The notes under the pieces are model-generated. The model did not search any database. It was not told the DNA's origin and was given only the letters and a program-made list of their open reading frames with translations. Positions 37,141 to 49,183 of a DNA stretch of 64,000 bases are shown here, in pieces (the stretch's first letter is position 1; every line of letters begins with the position of its first letter). The DNA is from Podospora anserina (taxonomy: Eukaryota), in contig CM030333.1 of NCBI GenBank assembly GCA_017654855.1, positions 3,100,001-3,164,000 of the forward strand, written 5' to 3'. The position numbers and the translations under genes are program-made.

Positions 37141-38537
37141 CTAATCTCCTGCAACAGGGGGAAAGGACCCCGCTACTTGCGCAGCTCCGAGTATGACCTG
37201 AATGACAGTCAACATCAGGATGATGCTGCCGAATCTGTGTTATAGTAGACAGTTTATATCAGCAAATAGGCTCATCCGTCCAAAGTAAGGCAAGAGCACA
37301 TTTACAAGAAGGTCCAATACTGCACCGTGTCCCTCCGATCCCTAAAGATGACCTAAAAGCTCTATGGCTTAGACTCTTCCAGATGGGCATCTAGCGCCAG
37401 AATGCGAGGCCAAAGGGATTTGAACTCTGTTTGGTCCCATTCCAGCTGCCACTCTGTGGCGTGCCCTCCCTCTAGCAATGTCTCCAGCCGGGGATCGTAC
37501 TGTCCAGCGCGGTTAGTCCGGTTTTGTCGTCTCTTCAGAGCTTCGAGGGTGGTTTTGCGTAATCGATAGGAGCTGCAGTCTAGAAACTAACACAAGTATC
37601 GAAGACCACAAGCCCATCGTCCGATGGTGCAGTGGAGATAGGAGGCTTTGGCCGGGTTGAAGAGCACGGCATACGAGGCTTCGATTTCGTCGACGAGTTC
37701 GGCTGGGATGATGCCCGTGTTGATCAGAGCGTTTCTGTTGCCGCCTTGGAGAGCATAAGGTAAGGCGAAGAGTTCGAGAGTGTGTCGTTCCCCTGCGTGG
37801 CGGGTGAAGAGGAGGTGGCGGGAGATGTTGTTTGTCTAGGTGAATTTGACTCCGCCGAGGGTGGAGAGCTTGACAGCGTTGAGGCGTTTGGGGGTGATTG
37901 AGAGGGACTCATTTATGCCGAAGTAGGTGTGCAAATGAAGGGAGGTTTCGGGTCGAGGTGTGGTGTCGGCTAATGAGAGGCTGCTGTTGGAGAGGGTGAC
38001 TTCATGGGGATTTGGCAAGAGGCCGCTTTTGGCTACGTGGTCGGGAAGATGGTTGGAAAGAGCAGTGTCTTCATTGTAGGGCGTCAACTTCTGTCGAACA
38101 TAGTAGGCTTTTATAATGCAACGCTTATCGTCGTGTGCCGGAGTGGTGTATGGCTGCATCAGCAACCAGACTCCAAGGATGATGAGGACGATCTCCTTCA
38201 CCGCGGTAGCTCTGGGTGGCGAGTTTGGTAAAGTATCGTCGAAGTAATAGTGTCTAGGCACCGCGATCAAGCTATTGATATATTCCTGGACTGGTGGGAA
38301 CGGCGCGTTACCGAAAGCTGTGACTACTTCGATGCAGAAGCGAATATAATCATCTCTTCCACGGCGACCTGGCCACGAAGCCTCGATATAATCCAGATAC
38401 GGAGCACAGGTTGTGCTGGCGGTATTTTGGCACCCTAGTACGTTCAACATGCTGGTTCGCAGAGCTGAGTTTGGACAGTTCATCGTTACTTCGTCAATGA
38501 CTGAGACTGTTTCGAATTTACTATTATTTGATGTCAA
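37141..38537 (-). pseudogene. Fungal hypothetical protein with single C-terminal TM helix (…RDRRDTVQYWTFLFGSIILMLTVIQVILGAAQ), RIP stops
   Basis: Frame continues through TAG (ex-TGG) at 37836 and two TAGs near 37355-37365; introns ~37565-37610 and ~37235-37305; start approximate. Confidence 0.75.
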
Positions 38538-39109
38538 GATGTAAATAAGAGGAGACTGCTACTTACAGCTGATATTTGAGAAGATACCTAGGTAGTTAGG
38601 TATCCGGCGGCGAGGTATTGCCGTTAAGTACTGCTATAAGAAAAGATGGTAGGCCTTAGAAAATATCGCAATCTCTCTACCTAATTTTACCCTCCTCAGG
38701 TGTGCCAACACCGCCTTCGGCGCTAAATGGGACACACACACACGCACGCCAACACAACGAGTTCTTGCTGCGCTACAGAGCTGAGATCCTTTAGCCGCTT
38801 TAACTACTTTTAGGCAGCTATCAAATTTTAGCACATCCGACAAATCCCTTATCTAATATCCTTAGTCTGACACCTCAACTTAGATACCTATGCAAAAGGG
38901 AAAGTCATAATACTGATTCTATGAGAAATATTTGCGCGCTTGAAATATTTGTGTCATTGTACCATATATCCGGCGACTTCCTTACTACCTGCCCGGTGCA
39001 CTCTCTTCGCTGCCTTCATCACGATGGAAGCCTTTTTGTTGGCAGCAGGCGTCGTGGCAGCAGCAGGCATCCTCTTTCGGCGGAGAGAAAATGCGGAAGA
39101 TGACCGTTC

Positions 39110-39180
39110 CCAAGTCACACACACACACACACACAAGTCACACACACACACACACACAAGTCACACATACACACACATAC
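39110..39180. repeat. Compound (CA)n microsatellite, three caagt(ca)n units, inside the 5' coding region
   Basis: caagtcacacacacacacacaca caagtcacacacacacacacaca caagtcacacatacacacacatac. Confidence 0.95.
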
Positions 39181-40789
39181 GACTTTGAATCCCCAGGCCC
39201 ATCGGAGAACACACCCTCGCGTTCGAAGAAGATACCCTTGCCTTGGGGCATCCTTATCCGCGTCGTTAGAGGAGAGAAATTTTACTTGCAGACTGTTTAC
39301 AATGAGGACGGAGAGACCACTCGCGACAGGGGATTTTTGGTGGGAACTGACCCAGAGTGCGGTATAAATTATCACTCCTATTCTTTCCGCTCAATTCAAG
39401 TACTGAAATGCCAACCTTATGATCTACAGACATTGTTATAGAAGGAGAGTACGCCTCTCCTAGATACCTTATGATTTATCGGCTTCGATCTTATAGCGGG
39501 TGGAGCGAAAAGACTAAAGCTGTCCTTCTGGACTTGTCTACTAATGGCACCTCTCTGAACGGGCGTCTGGTTGAATCATATGCCCAAAATTTCCTCTAAG
39601 ATAGAGATAGAATCTCAGTCGCTACTGGCTTCGACCTCGTCTTTCGGAAAGTGGGCCGCTACTTTCATCCCGCTATCGATGCCCCTCATTTCGCTTTCAA
39701 TGCCCCTCATCCCTCTTTCCGTGAGAAATATTCACTGGAAAAGCTTCTACACCATGGCCCCGCGGGAGTAAATACCTATGTGTGTCGAGAACGTCATAGC
39801 GGTCGACTATTCGCGGCAAAGATTGTGCGTCCCACCAGGGCTCACGACTGTGTGCGTGATGAGATTTTAATGGGTATTTATTACCCCAGCATCGTCGAAA
39901 TGATGGAGATATTTTAAGAAGGCTCTTCTTCTATGACCTATATCTTGGAGCTGGCACCAGAAGGCGAGCTCTTAAACCTAATAAAACGCAAAAAACTCTC
40001 CAAGTAAGAGTCGCGTTATGTGTTTCAATAACTAGTTGATACTCTTCATTATCTTGTAAGTATAATTATGGGGTGCCTTTTCTTTTTTCGTTTAGGAGGG
40101 AAGCTTACAACGGCCCCACCTTAGCACCAACGAAATATTGTTTATCGTGATATTAAGCCTGAAAGTATCCTGGTTGTCAACAACAACCTGTAAGTTAAAC
40201 TCGGAGGATTTGGCCTGGCCACGCATTTACCACGTCACCGATATCTGACAGATAGTGGCGGAACACCTGGCTATTATACTTCGCCGGAAATCTTGGAGGG
40301 TAGATAATATGGAAAGGGCGTCGATATTTGGTCGCTGGGGGTGGTCTTGTATATGTGCCTCTACGGCTTCCGACCCTTTGATTATGATGATGATCCTTTA
40401 AGTCTCACGGTTCGATACTGCTGGAACCGAAAGGTTCTATAAAGTCCATTCAATCCCGCCTGTAAGTTACGGCCCTTTTCTTTTGGCCGCTCTCTGTTTT
40501 AAGCTCGGCACTCACAGTCTTAGTGGATCTGGTCAAATCCATGTTGGAAGTCATACCCATGGACCGGTTCTCGATCGAGCAATGCTTGTCACATCCATAG
40601 CTTACCAACTTAAGCCGGGCATCACCACCGCTGAGTCGGCCGCAAACTCCTACTATATCTGGTGTCCAAAGCTCACTATAGCGCGACCATAATAAAGACC
40701 AGAAAGCGAAAGACTAGGCTGGAGATATAATTAAAAGCACCACCGGAGGCACCGAAGACCTGGCAGCTTTCGAGTGGGCACTAGATAAT

Positions 40790-40870
40790 AGGAGCCCTTC
40801 CCTTGACCGATGGGGTATGAGTCCTTCCCCTGGCCGACGGCGTATAAGTCCTTCCCCTGACCGACGACGC
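40790..40870 (+). repeat. 3 x 27-bp coding tandem repeat (RSPSLDRWG / MSPSPGRRR / ISPSPDRRR)
   Basis: Direct inspection; period 27 starting at 40790, 40817, 40844. Confidence 0.85.
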
Positions 40871-42809
40871 CCTAAAGTTAGAGGAAAAAGTCCGACCTCA
40901 GACGCCTATAAAGGTGACATGAAAAGGAAGGAGGATTCTGCAATAGTGGAGACTCTGGCTCAAATGGTTGACCACCTCAGCCTACAGCTGCCGGTGGCGC
41001 TAAGCGAAGATTTCGAGCTGCATGGTTGGGATCCTGGAAACCGGTGCTGGACGTGTACGCCGCCGGAGACTGTTGGCGGTAAACCGGCACAAATACTACT
41101 TACGGTGGATGAACTCCCCGTTGTTATTCCAGTGCGATTTTATTATCTACTTTTACCCTTGAAGTCACAACCTCCGGATCCGCACCCTAAGCTCATCTCG
41201 CCGATCAAGCCGCTGTCTAACGACACTATCGACGAGATTCTGAGTATGTTCGAAGATGCTATCGGCTTTTATCTCCTCATTAACCATCAGTTGTAAGTGA
41301 TTATGTCGGATGAATTTGATTACGAAGAAGAGCTACATAAGTATCCTGCTGACTTTGGTGGACTTAAGGTCAGTTTCATCCGAGAGTCTCTCTACCCGAC
41401 TGCCGATAGAGCAAGGCCAGGAGGCTCTTCAATAACCATAACAAACTACGGATACCAGGACATACTAACTAGCCTGCTTGCCAATAACGGAACTGAGAGC
41501 TTCTGGTTCAGAGGGTTTTTTTGGGAGTATATTACAAGCTTCTGCTTTTGATAGTAATTCGAGAGACCGAATTCGAGGACGTATCGGAGTGGTTGTGACT
41601 CCGCGGTCAAATATACGGAGAAAGTACATAACCGTATTAACACATTCGCTCGCTATGGCGGCGGCCACCTCCAGAACCGGTACAAGGGGACCTGATTGGA
41701 CATCTGACATCCATATTACTTCGGTAAAGATCGGAAGCAGGGTAAGAAGATTATTTGCTCGATACCCTGTCATAGAACCTGACTCACCATGAGATATTTA
41801 GCTCGGACAGGTGGCCAAGGTTTTTGACCCTTCTCCTCGAGAGCCCTTTCCCCAGGGCTTTTCCCATGATGTTAGCTTAGTTGACATCACAAGTTGGGGG
41901 AAATCATTTCGGTCTCGTTCGCTATCGGAATCGTTGTCGTTCTAGTGGCTTTCACAGCATGAGTGGACAGACATCAAGTACAATTCGAGCAAGCTTGCTC
42001 TCTTGGACGATAACTTGATAGAGGATGACGCCAGAAGCATTGGGGTCATTGATAGTCGGTGCCAGGTACGTCTTATTACTATATCTCGAATCTTCATGGT
42101 TACCTACGTGCCTGACAAATATCACCCAGATGGTCGGCCAAGGTATCTTCCGCGTATACCAACAGGGCAGGCCCAGAAGGTCCTTCAGATCACTACTATC
42201 CGGGGCGCCTGTAGACTCCAGAGATGACCCAGCCTCCTGGACAAGCCTTGTTGCAAGGTCAATCCTCTACCGGGTACGCCAGCCCAGTAATTTCAAGGAA
42301 CTTGGTCAAAGTGGCACCCCAGTTTGCGTGGTAGAAAACCTGCCCAACAATGCTGGGAAGATAGCAAAGGTGGCAGGGTTTTCATCCTTTGTTCAGATGT
42401 CCTCTGATAGTCAGAGATTCGACTTAGAAGGCGAGAGGCTCTACAAGAGGTTGGAGGAGGGAAGGGTGGCATTCTACGGGGCTTTCCAGGTTCCGCCGGA
42501 GTTGCGGGATGGATATCAGATTGTATAGAGTGACTAGGCGTTTGGTTATATACGAGCACTGAGTGGATTGCTGCAGAAAGCCTTTTAAATTCTCTTGCTA
42601 ATACATGCGTTGTCAATACTACCGACCTAAGGTAGGTAAGGTAGATACCTACCCACGCTTATCTTCTAGAAAAATGCTTTTCAGTCACTGTCTCCAGTCA
42701 AGTCGATCAACTCCACAATCTTTCTCTTCCCTCCCGCTACCGGGACAGCAACCCGCCGCACAGTCAGTGGCCGACGGACAGCTGCGCTTGGAGGGGGAAC
42801 TCGGACTGC

Positions 42810-42885
42810 ATTGTTCTACTGTCTCTCTCGCTTGTCCACATGCGCACTGAACTGACGGGACTACCCCGATTCGGTACATCCAGCG
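42810..42885 (-). mobile_element. Tiny relic of a non-LTR (Tad-like LINE) ORF2 C-terminal zinc knuckle
   Basis: YRIGVVPSVQCACGQARETVE resembles the LINE consensus LYRIG....CACG...ETVEH. Confidence 0.55.
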
Positions 42886-43237
42886 GCTTTAAAGATCGGA
42901 GTGGTAAATGTTCAGACATGCGAAGAGCTATGCTTCATGATCATTCTGCCTGAGAGCCTGAAAATACGAGCTCGATGTACCGAAGTACCTATATTTTTTA
43001 CCGCCCGTTTATTTTCGATTTTTATTTTCTGTCGGCGCTTATATGTTCATGTTCATTGAAAGACTGAGGGGTGTGAATGTAGAAGATAAGGAGAGAAATA
43101 TTCCTCAGTTTTTGGCAGTATGTCTTCCGAAATCAGCGTTGGATTTCCCTGGAAATGACAGTCTAGATGTACACCAGATAAAGCTAGACAAGTATCCAAG
43201 ACAAAATCCTGCCTCTTCACCTTGACCTGATCCCCTA

Positions 43238-46200
43238 CTAAAACATATGCACCCCCACAGCGGAATGATACATTCCCGGCAACAACCCCTTGTTGTCACT
43301 CACATTCTCCACAGCCGTCCTTAGGATTGCCGGTGTTCTCTTCAACACCGCCGTGCTCAATTTTCGCTCAAGCCTCTCTGCCCTCCACAACCAAAACTTC
43401 TCTTGCGCCAAAAACACCGTGAACTCTCCCAGCTCCCTGGCGGCCTCCTTGCTCTGTTCCTTGAACTTTCTCCATGACGAACCACCTTCCTCGTCCTTTT
43501 CATCAGCATCGAAGAGAGTTGATTCCTCATCTTCAGACTCGCTGTCTTTGTCGACGACAGTTCCTTCTTCGTCGTCGTCGTCCATACTGTGTCCCTCTGG
43601 CATAACCCCAGCAGCTACGTCGGCGAGAGTCTTCTTCGCCTGCTTGAGCTTGGCCTCTCCATGTTTTGCGTTCTCCCGGCTCTTAAGATAGCGCTCAAGA
43701 AGGTGGCACATCTTGCTCTTCTTGCGCTCCATGTAGACTTGCCACGCTTTCACTAAACCGGGCTCTGGCGTAGAATTGGTAAAATCAATCTCACCGGTGG
43801 GGATGCGGTGTCCATAGAATTTGCCGCGAGCGGAGCCCAGCTCGAGATGGCAAAGAAACCACTTGGCACCCGGCACTCCTGAGAAGCGAGCGAGCACCCT
43901 GACATATTTGTTAGCTTTTCTCGTGTTGGCCCCTTGTAGGGTGACTTACCATTCTCCTGCCACCAACTCCAGTTGCGGCTCCTGAATGAACTCGATCATT
44001 CTACTGACCAACCGTTCCTCGTCCGTTTCCTTGTCAATATCAACCAAACTGTCGCCCTTCTTTTCCTCTTGTCCCCTTTCCAACGTCTCCCCGCCATTTG
44101 CGGGGCTGATTGGAGATGCCACCACCTCAGCTCCTATCTGAGCCGACCTCTTCTCCGCCTTGCTCTTGTGTTGCTCCTTCAACACCCGACTTTCAATCCC
44201 CTCCACCGCATTCAGCTCCTGCTCCAACAGCCTCTTCTCACACGAGAAGCTCGAAATCACTCTGGCAAATCCGGTACTGATCGAGCACCAACCCGAAATC
44301 CTGTCCTTCGGTGTCACAGCCTTGGCAATCCGGGCTCGCAGCCGATCGCAATCCAAGAAGGTGACAATGACTCGTTGAATATCGAATAGACTTTCTATTC
44401 CGGAGTTGTTGACGATGATGGGGTTCGGGCAAATCGTGCTACTCTCGTCAAAGTCGAAACCGAAGCCGAGGCGAGTCTTGACATCGGCCTTCTTCGAGTG
44501 CTGATCCAGCTCGGCAAGGACTGACTTGTGGTCAACATCGAGAATGGTCTTCGGCAATTCCTTTGGTTGAAGATTTCTTTCTTGTATGTCTTCCACCGAC
44601 GCAGAGAGATACTCGAGGTGCCCCTTGACCTCAGAGTCATAGGGCACCCACTCTGGCCTTGACGGGCCATCTGACAAGACATTCTCGTTTGTGAGGGCCT
44701 GAAGTGTTGGTGGTACCGGTGGAGGGGCTTCAACAATTGGCGATGGGGCAGACTCAGCAGCCAGGTCCGGTGTCGCTCTGCCGATACCAAAAGAAGAAGA
44801 CTTCTTCGTGAACGAAGAGAGCCTGGAGGCTTTCTTAGGCGACTCCACAACTGGCTCCTCCTTCTTTGAACCTCCTATGCCGATCTTGAATCCCGACATC
44901 GACAGCGACGGACTCGGGAGCGACAGAGATGGGCTCGGCAGCGACATTGTTGGGCTAGGAAGAGATGAAAATGAGAAGCCTTTGGTGAGCCCTCCTGTTA
45001 GCCCTGTGCCCCTGCGCTCAAGGACGGTACCATCACCGCCACTGGCCGGGGCTTCTCCAGGTACCGCTCTCTTCTCAGCAACCTTCTTCACGCAATGCTT
45101 GAGAATATAAGCCACGACCTTTCCAACGCTGATGAAACGCTCCTTCAGCTGGTGAAAGTCGGACCCCCGCACCACGCCAATAACTCCAACAATCCAGTCA
45201 AACGGAATGTCCTTTTGATCCTTGTCTTTGACTGCATCAATAGCTCGTCGCAGCACGGAGATGGTTTCGCCATAAGTCTTCATGATCTCGTCCATCTTGC
45301 CCTGAGTAACCTGAGAGAGCTGGAGGTTGTAATGTTTGCCATGGTCCTTTTGGTTGCCATAAGCTTGTTGTGAAGATGGGTATAAAGAACGACCGCGGAC
45401 GGGACTCCCCGCGGCCATTCCAGTCCAGTTGAAAACTGAGACATCATTGTGGGTGATGATAACCTGATCCAGCAGCCGTGCCAGTGCCGTGGCATAGCCT
45501 TCTGCAGGAAAGGTAGGAAACCGCACGCCCAGGACGCCCATCAGAGCATAAGCGCGGTCAATGGCGACTGTTGCCCTTCGACATCCAGAGGCCTCGAGTA
45601 CGTTTTCTGCAGAAAAGCCACACCGCTTCTTCCCGTCCTGCCAGTCGCCCAGCTTCTCCACTTTGCTGAACTTGGCCACGTATTTCCTGTCGTCCAGGAC
45701 GAGCTGTAGGGTCTCGTCAACCAAACATCGAAGCACGAAGTTGATGGCGTTAAGAGCGTCTTCTTCTCCAATCTCCACCTTTTTCTTCAGCACATGATGC
45801 GTAAGACGGGCGAGAAGGATAGTTTTTGGATCATCCTCGCCGCCCTCGACGAGGTCCACGGCTGCGTTGTATACCACATGCGCCAGCTGTGAAGTGGCTG
45901 TCTCCATCGCCAGATCTCCTGGAAATTGGACGCCCAGGTTGTGAAGCAGCATTATCAGGAGATGCGCCCTCTCGATCTGAGCAGTCTCTATCTTTGCCTT
46001 GCTCATCACGTCACCAGCACCCCCCGTTTCCCGGTTCGGCGGACTTGTGTGCTCTTTCTCGGTCCACTCATGAATGTACTTCATCTCATCAGGAACGTAG
46101 CCGGCCAGCAGGTCTCGAAGAACTTCAGCGGTTAGAGTGCCGTCGCCAAAGGCGAAGAAGTTCTGTTTGTCTCGTTGCGTGTATAGAGCAATGAAAGGAA

Positions 46201-47629
46201 CGAGATGATAGAGATAACCGAGGCTCTCAACTGGGCGGCTGATAGTGGCCCAGTCCGCATTCACGTAGAAGGTGGTCTTGCTCATGACGAGCTCTTGGAG
46301 AGTCCATGCTCTGGTTGACCATTCTGGTTTCCAATCCACAATGTGTTCGAATCCTTGAACTGTGCTCCTTTCCCGGAGGGGCAGATCCTTAAGATACGGC
46401 TCTGGCTGTTCACCATGCTCCTTCTGGAACTCACGCCAGTCCTGTGCAGCATCGGTGCCTGAAGCATCCCACTCGTCATCCTCTAGCACTTTGTTATCCA
46501 GCTGGACAAGAGTAAATTCGGCATCTGCGTACCAATCGCCCATGAGAGAAAGCGACTGCGACAGCTCGCCAAAATCCATCTTGTTGATGCAACAGGTGTC
46601 GTTCCACAAGTAGCACTTCTCGCGTCGCCGAAAGAGCTTTGTCTTGAAGATTTCGCCTGCCTTCTTGACACTCCGGTCAATCTTGATGGCGGATTTCCAC
46701 TTCTCCAAAAGCGGTACAATCTCGTCAACAGCATCTCGGAGCATGAAATGGTTCTTGAAGTAGTCGATCTCCCCAACAGCGGCCGTGTAATGCTTCTCGG
46801 CAATCTCCACCTGCTTCTTTGCCTTGTCGAGAGCTTCTTTTTTCTCCTGAACCACAGGAGGCATCTGCAAGCGTCCACCGCCCGCATCATCTATGGCCCT
46901 GCGAGTGCTGCTGATGAGGTTGCTGAAGATCTTGCTCTCCATCTCGGCAAACCTGAGTTCGGCCCTTTTCTTGTGCTCCTCACCCTTAGCCCAGTTCAGG
47001 TAGCCTTCGGCACTTTTACCCTTGAGTCGCCGGTCCAGCAGATTGGCCAGACTGAACGTCTCTAAAGTGCCCGACGACTGTGTGGCGAGATACAGCTCCT
47101 TCACTGCTGCCTCTTGCGCGGAGATGTCGAGATGGCACTGCTCTAGCAACATCTGCACGTCACTCCTCTGAGATGCGGTTCCCATTGCTTGTAGCCCGGC
47201 CTTAGCACGCTCCAGGTACTTTCCACGCGCCCGTGTAATGTCGCCGAGCGAGACTTCTGCTCCCTTCCACCGATGGGAGAGCATGCAGTACTGGCCTCGC
47301 TCCCCAATTGCTGGACGATGGACCAGATTGCCGGTTTCAAGGTCAAACATGCGGTCAGGTGTTTGAACCGAAGGGGGGTCCGAGGTGGTCAGTATTTCCA
47401 CGTCTTGAAGCCCAGAGAATGGGTGACCTTTTTCTTCAACAAAGGTAGGCCTGAAGCCGCCGTTGGGTCCGAACCACACATTCATGATGGCTCTAAGCTT
47501 CTCGTGACTGGCGCCCAGCTCCTTGAAAATTCTCTGGAGGTCCTCCGGCGTGAAGTCGGTTGCTTTGACCGCATCCAGCATCGCCCCCCTGATGACATCC
47601 AAGGCGGCGGAGGTGGTTGTCGATGCCAT
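43238..47629 (-). CDS. Large HET-domain protein (~1440 aa), 2 exons
   Basis: YCMLSHRW, LWNDTCCINK..ELSQSLSLMGDWY, WSTRAWTLQEL, DRAYALMGVLGV; GTAAGT intron at ~43900-43949. Confidence 0.9.
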
Positions 47630-48293
47630 TTTTGACGGGTTGGATTCGTTTCCAGCGACGATGAAGCGTGTAGAACGGTGGATTCAGGGCAACGTGTATA
47701 TTCCAAGCTTGTCACAGCAATGACAAAATTGCCTGCTCTCGTGGTCGTGGAGCAACTTCAACGCCTTAACTCAGGCCACAAATAAAGAAGAAGCCCATAA
47801 TCCCCATAAATTTGTCGGGCATCATCTGTCCCACATCGGGCCGACTTGCACTAAAGAAAGAGAGGGGTATCTTAGCTGGAGGGCAGTTGCAAAGGCGTCC
47901 TGAGAGGTGCTCCTGCCTCAGTTATGATTGGGGTGCCAAGGCAGCCGTGCAGCAAATACACGATGAGCTTCTCCCAGTTCCTTAGCATTTCTCAGCGCTT
48001 TCTGCGGGGTTTGGGCACCTATCTCTAATGCAGTTTTGACGATCATTCTAGTCTGGTTGGTGCTCCGTCGGTTTCAGCTCAGTCCGGACAGCCACATTTG
48101 TCATATCTTCTTCATATCGGGCACCTTGGGACGGGCGGCTTGTTGCCCAAAGGGTGTTCCCAAGCCAATGATAGATTCCATTCAGTCTCTCCAATGTGAG
48201 GGGTTGTTCTGAGGGCCTGGGACAGATTTATTGGAACAGATGCCCTGAAGCCAGCCGCTGTTGGAGCAACACGGCCAACGCCCGTCTTCCAAA

Positions 48294-49183
48294 ATGGCCT
48301 CTTACCACCGTGTCCTGGAGGTCTTCGGTCGCTCAATCGATCAGAAGTCCCTCGAATGCGATTAGTAAGGTCTCTCCATGTCTTCCACACACTTACTAAC
48401 CAAGAGCATAGCGACATTCACCCTTGGGACATCCTCATCAATAGCGAACGATGGTCAGGAAAGGTCCGGCTGATAGGTTTCGTGGACTCGTTCTTCCTGA
48501 TCTGTTACTCGGGCGTGTCCCGCTTCGAGCATGGTCTATTGATCTACAGTCAGCTCCAACAACACCCCATGTATGTGACAGGATACTTACCTGGCCAGAG
48601 GATGACGAGATTATACGAAACACGTTGAAGTCCGCCAATGTCATCGCAGAGAGTCTTGATCTTGAGGTGCTGAATCCCAAGCGAGTCAAGGAGAACAATG
48701 GTCGGTCATTATCGCCCATCCTTACCATCAATACTTCTCATGACTAATCTTGTTGAGCCTCAGAGGAACCGACGTACTTCAAATTCGTCAGTGAGAAGGG
48801 CGGCCTCGACTACAACATCACGACCCTCGGGCATCCCGTTGGTCTTACGACCCAATACCCCGCGTCTTCGCTCAAGAAGTATGACATCAAGCTGAGAAAG
48901 GGGAGAGATATAGTCATGCGGAGTAAGAGCCCAGGCGTCATTGTTGCCACAAGCTAACTCGTTCCGAGAACGCATCCGTCGTGGCGTCACTCAACACAAC
49001 TTTTTCGGCCTCCTGCACGATTCCGTCCGGGTCGGTGTTGTCACGCAAGCTGAGTTGATCGGAACTATTATTGGCAAAACTATAGGTGGGTCGACGTTTG
49101 AGGATGTCGCTGGGAAGTACCTCGATGCTCTTTCGGGGGCCAAGGGGTCGAGAAACTTGGCCCTGTCTGGAGAGAGGACATAG
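48294..49183 (+). CDS. Multi-exon hypothetical gene; exon structure not fully resolved
   Basis: caaaATG start, several GT..CTAAC/CTAAT..AG introns, coding-like segments (EPTYFKFVSEKGGLDYNITTLGHPVG; ERIRRGVTQHNFFGLL). Confidence 0.5.

Larger units (their letters stand above)
39024..42528 (+). pseudogene. FHA + Chk2/CAMK-like kinase + trypsin-like serine protease fusion gene, RIP-inactivated
   Basis: FHA: GFLVGTDPEC|DIVI..S..Y...DLSTNGTSLNG; kinase: FAAKIV, ELAPEGEL, YRDIKPE, GTPGY, VDIWSLGVVLY; frame runs on into ORF 40817; protease motifs TH (41643), HDVSL (41868), GQSG (42310). Confidence 0.8.
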
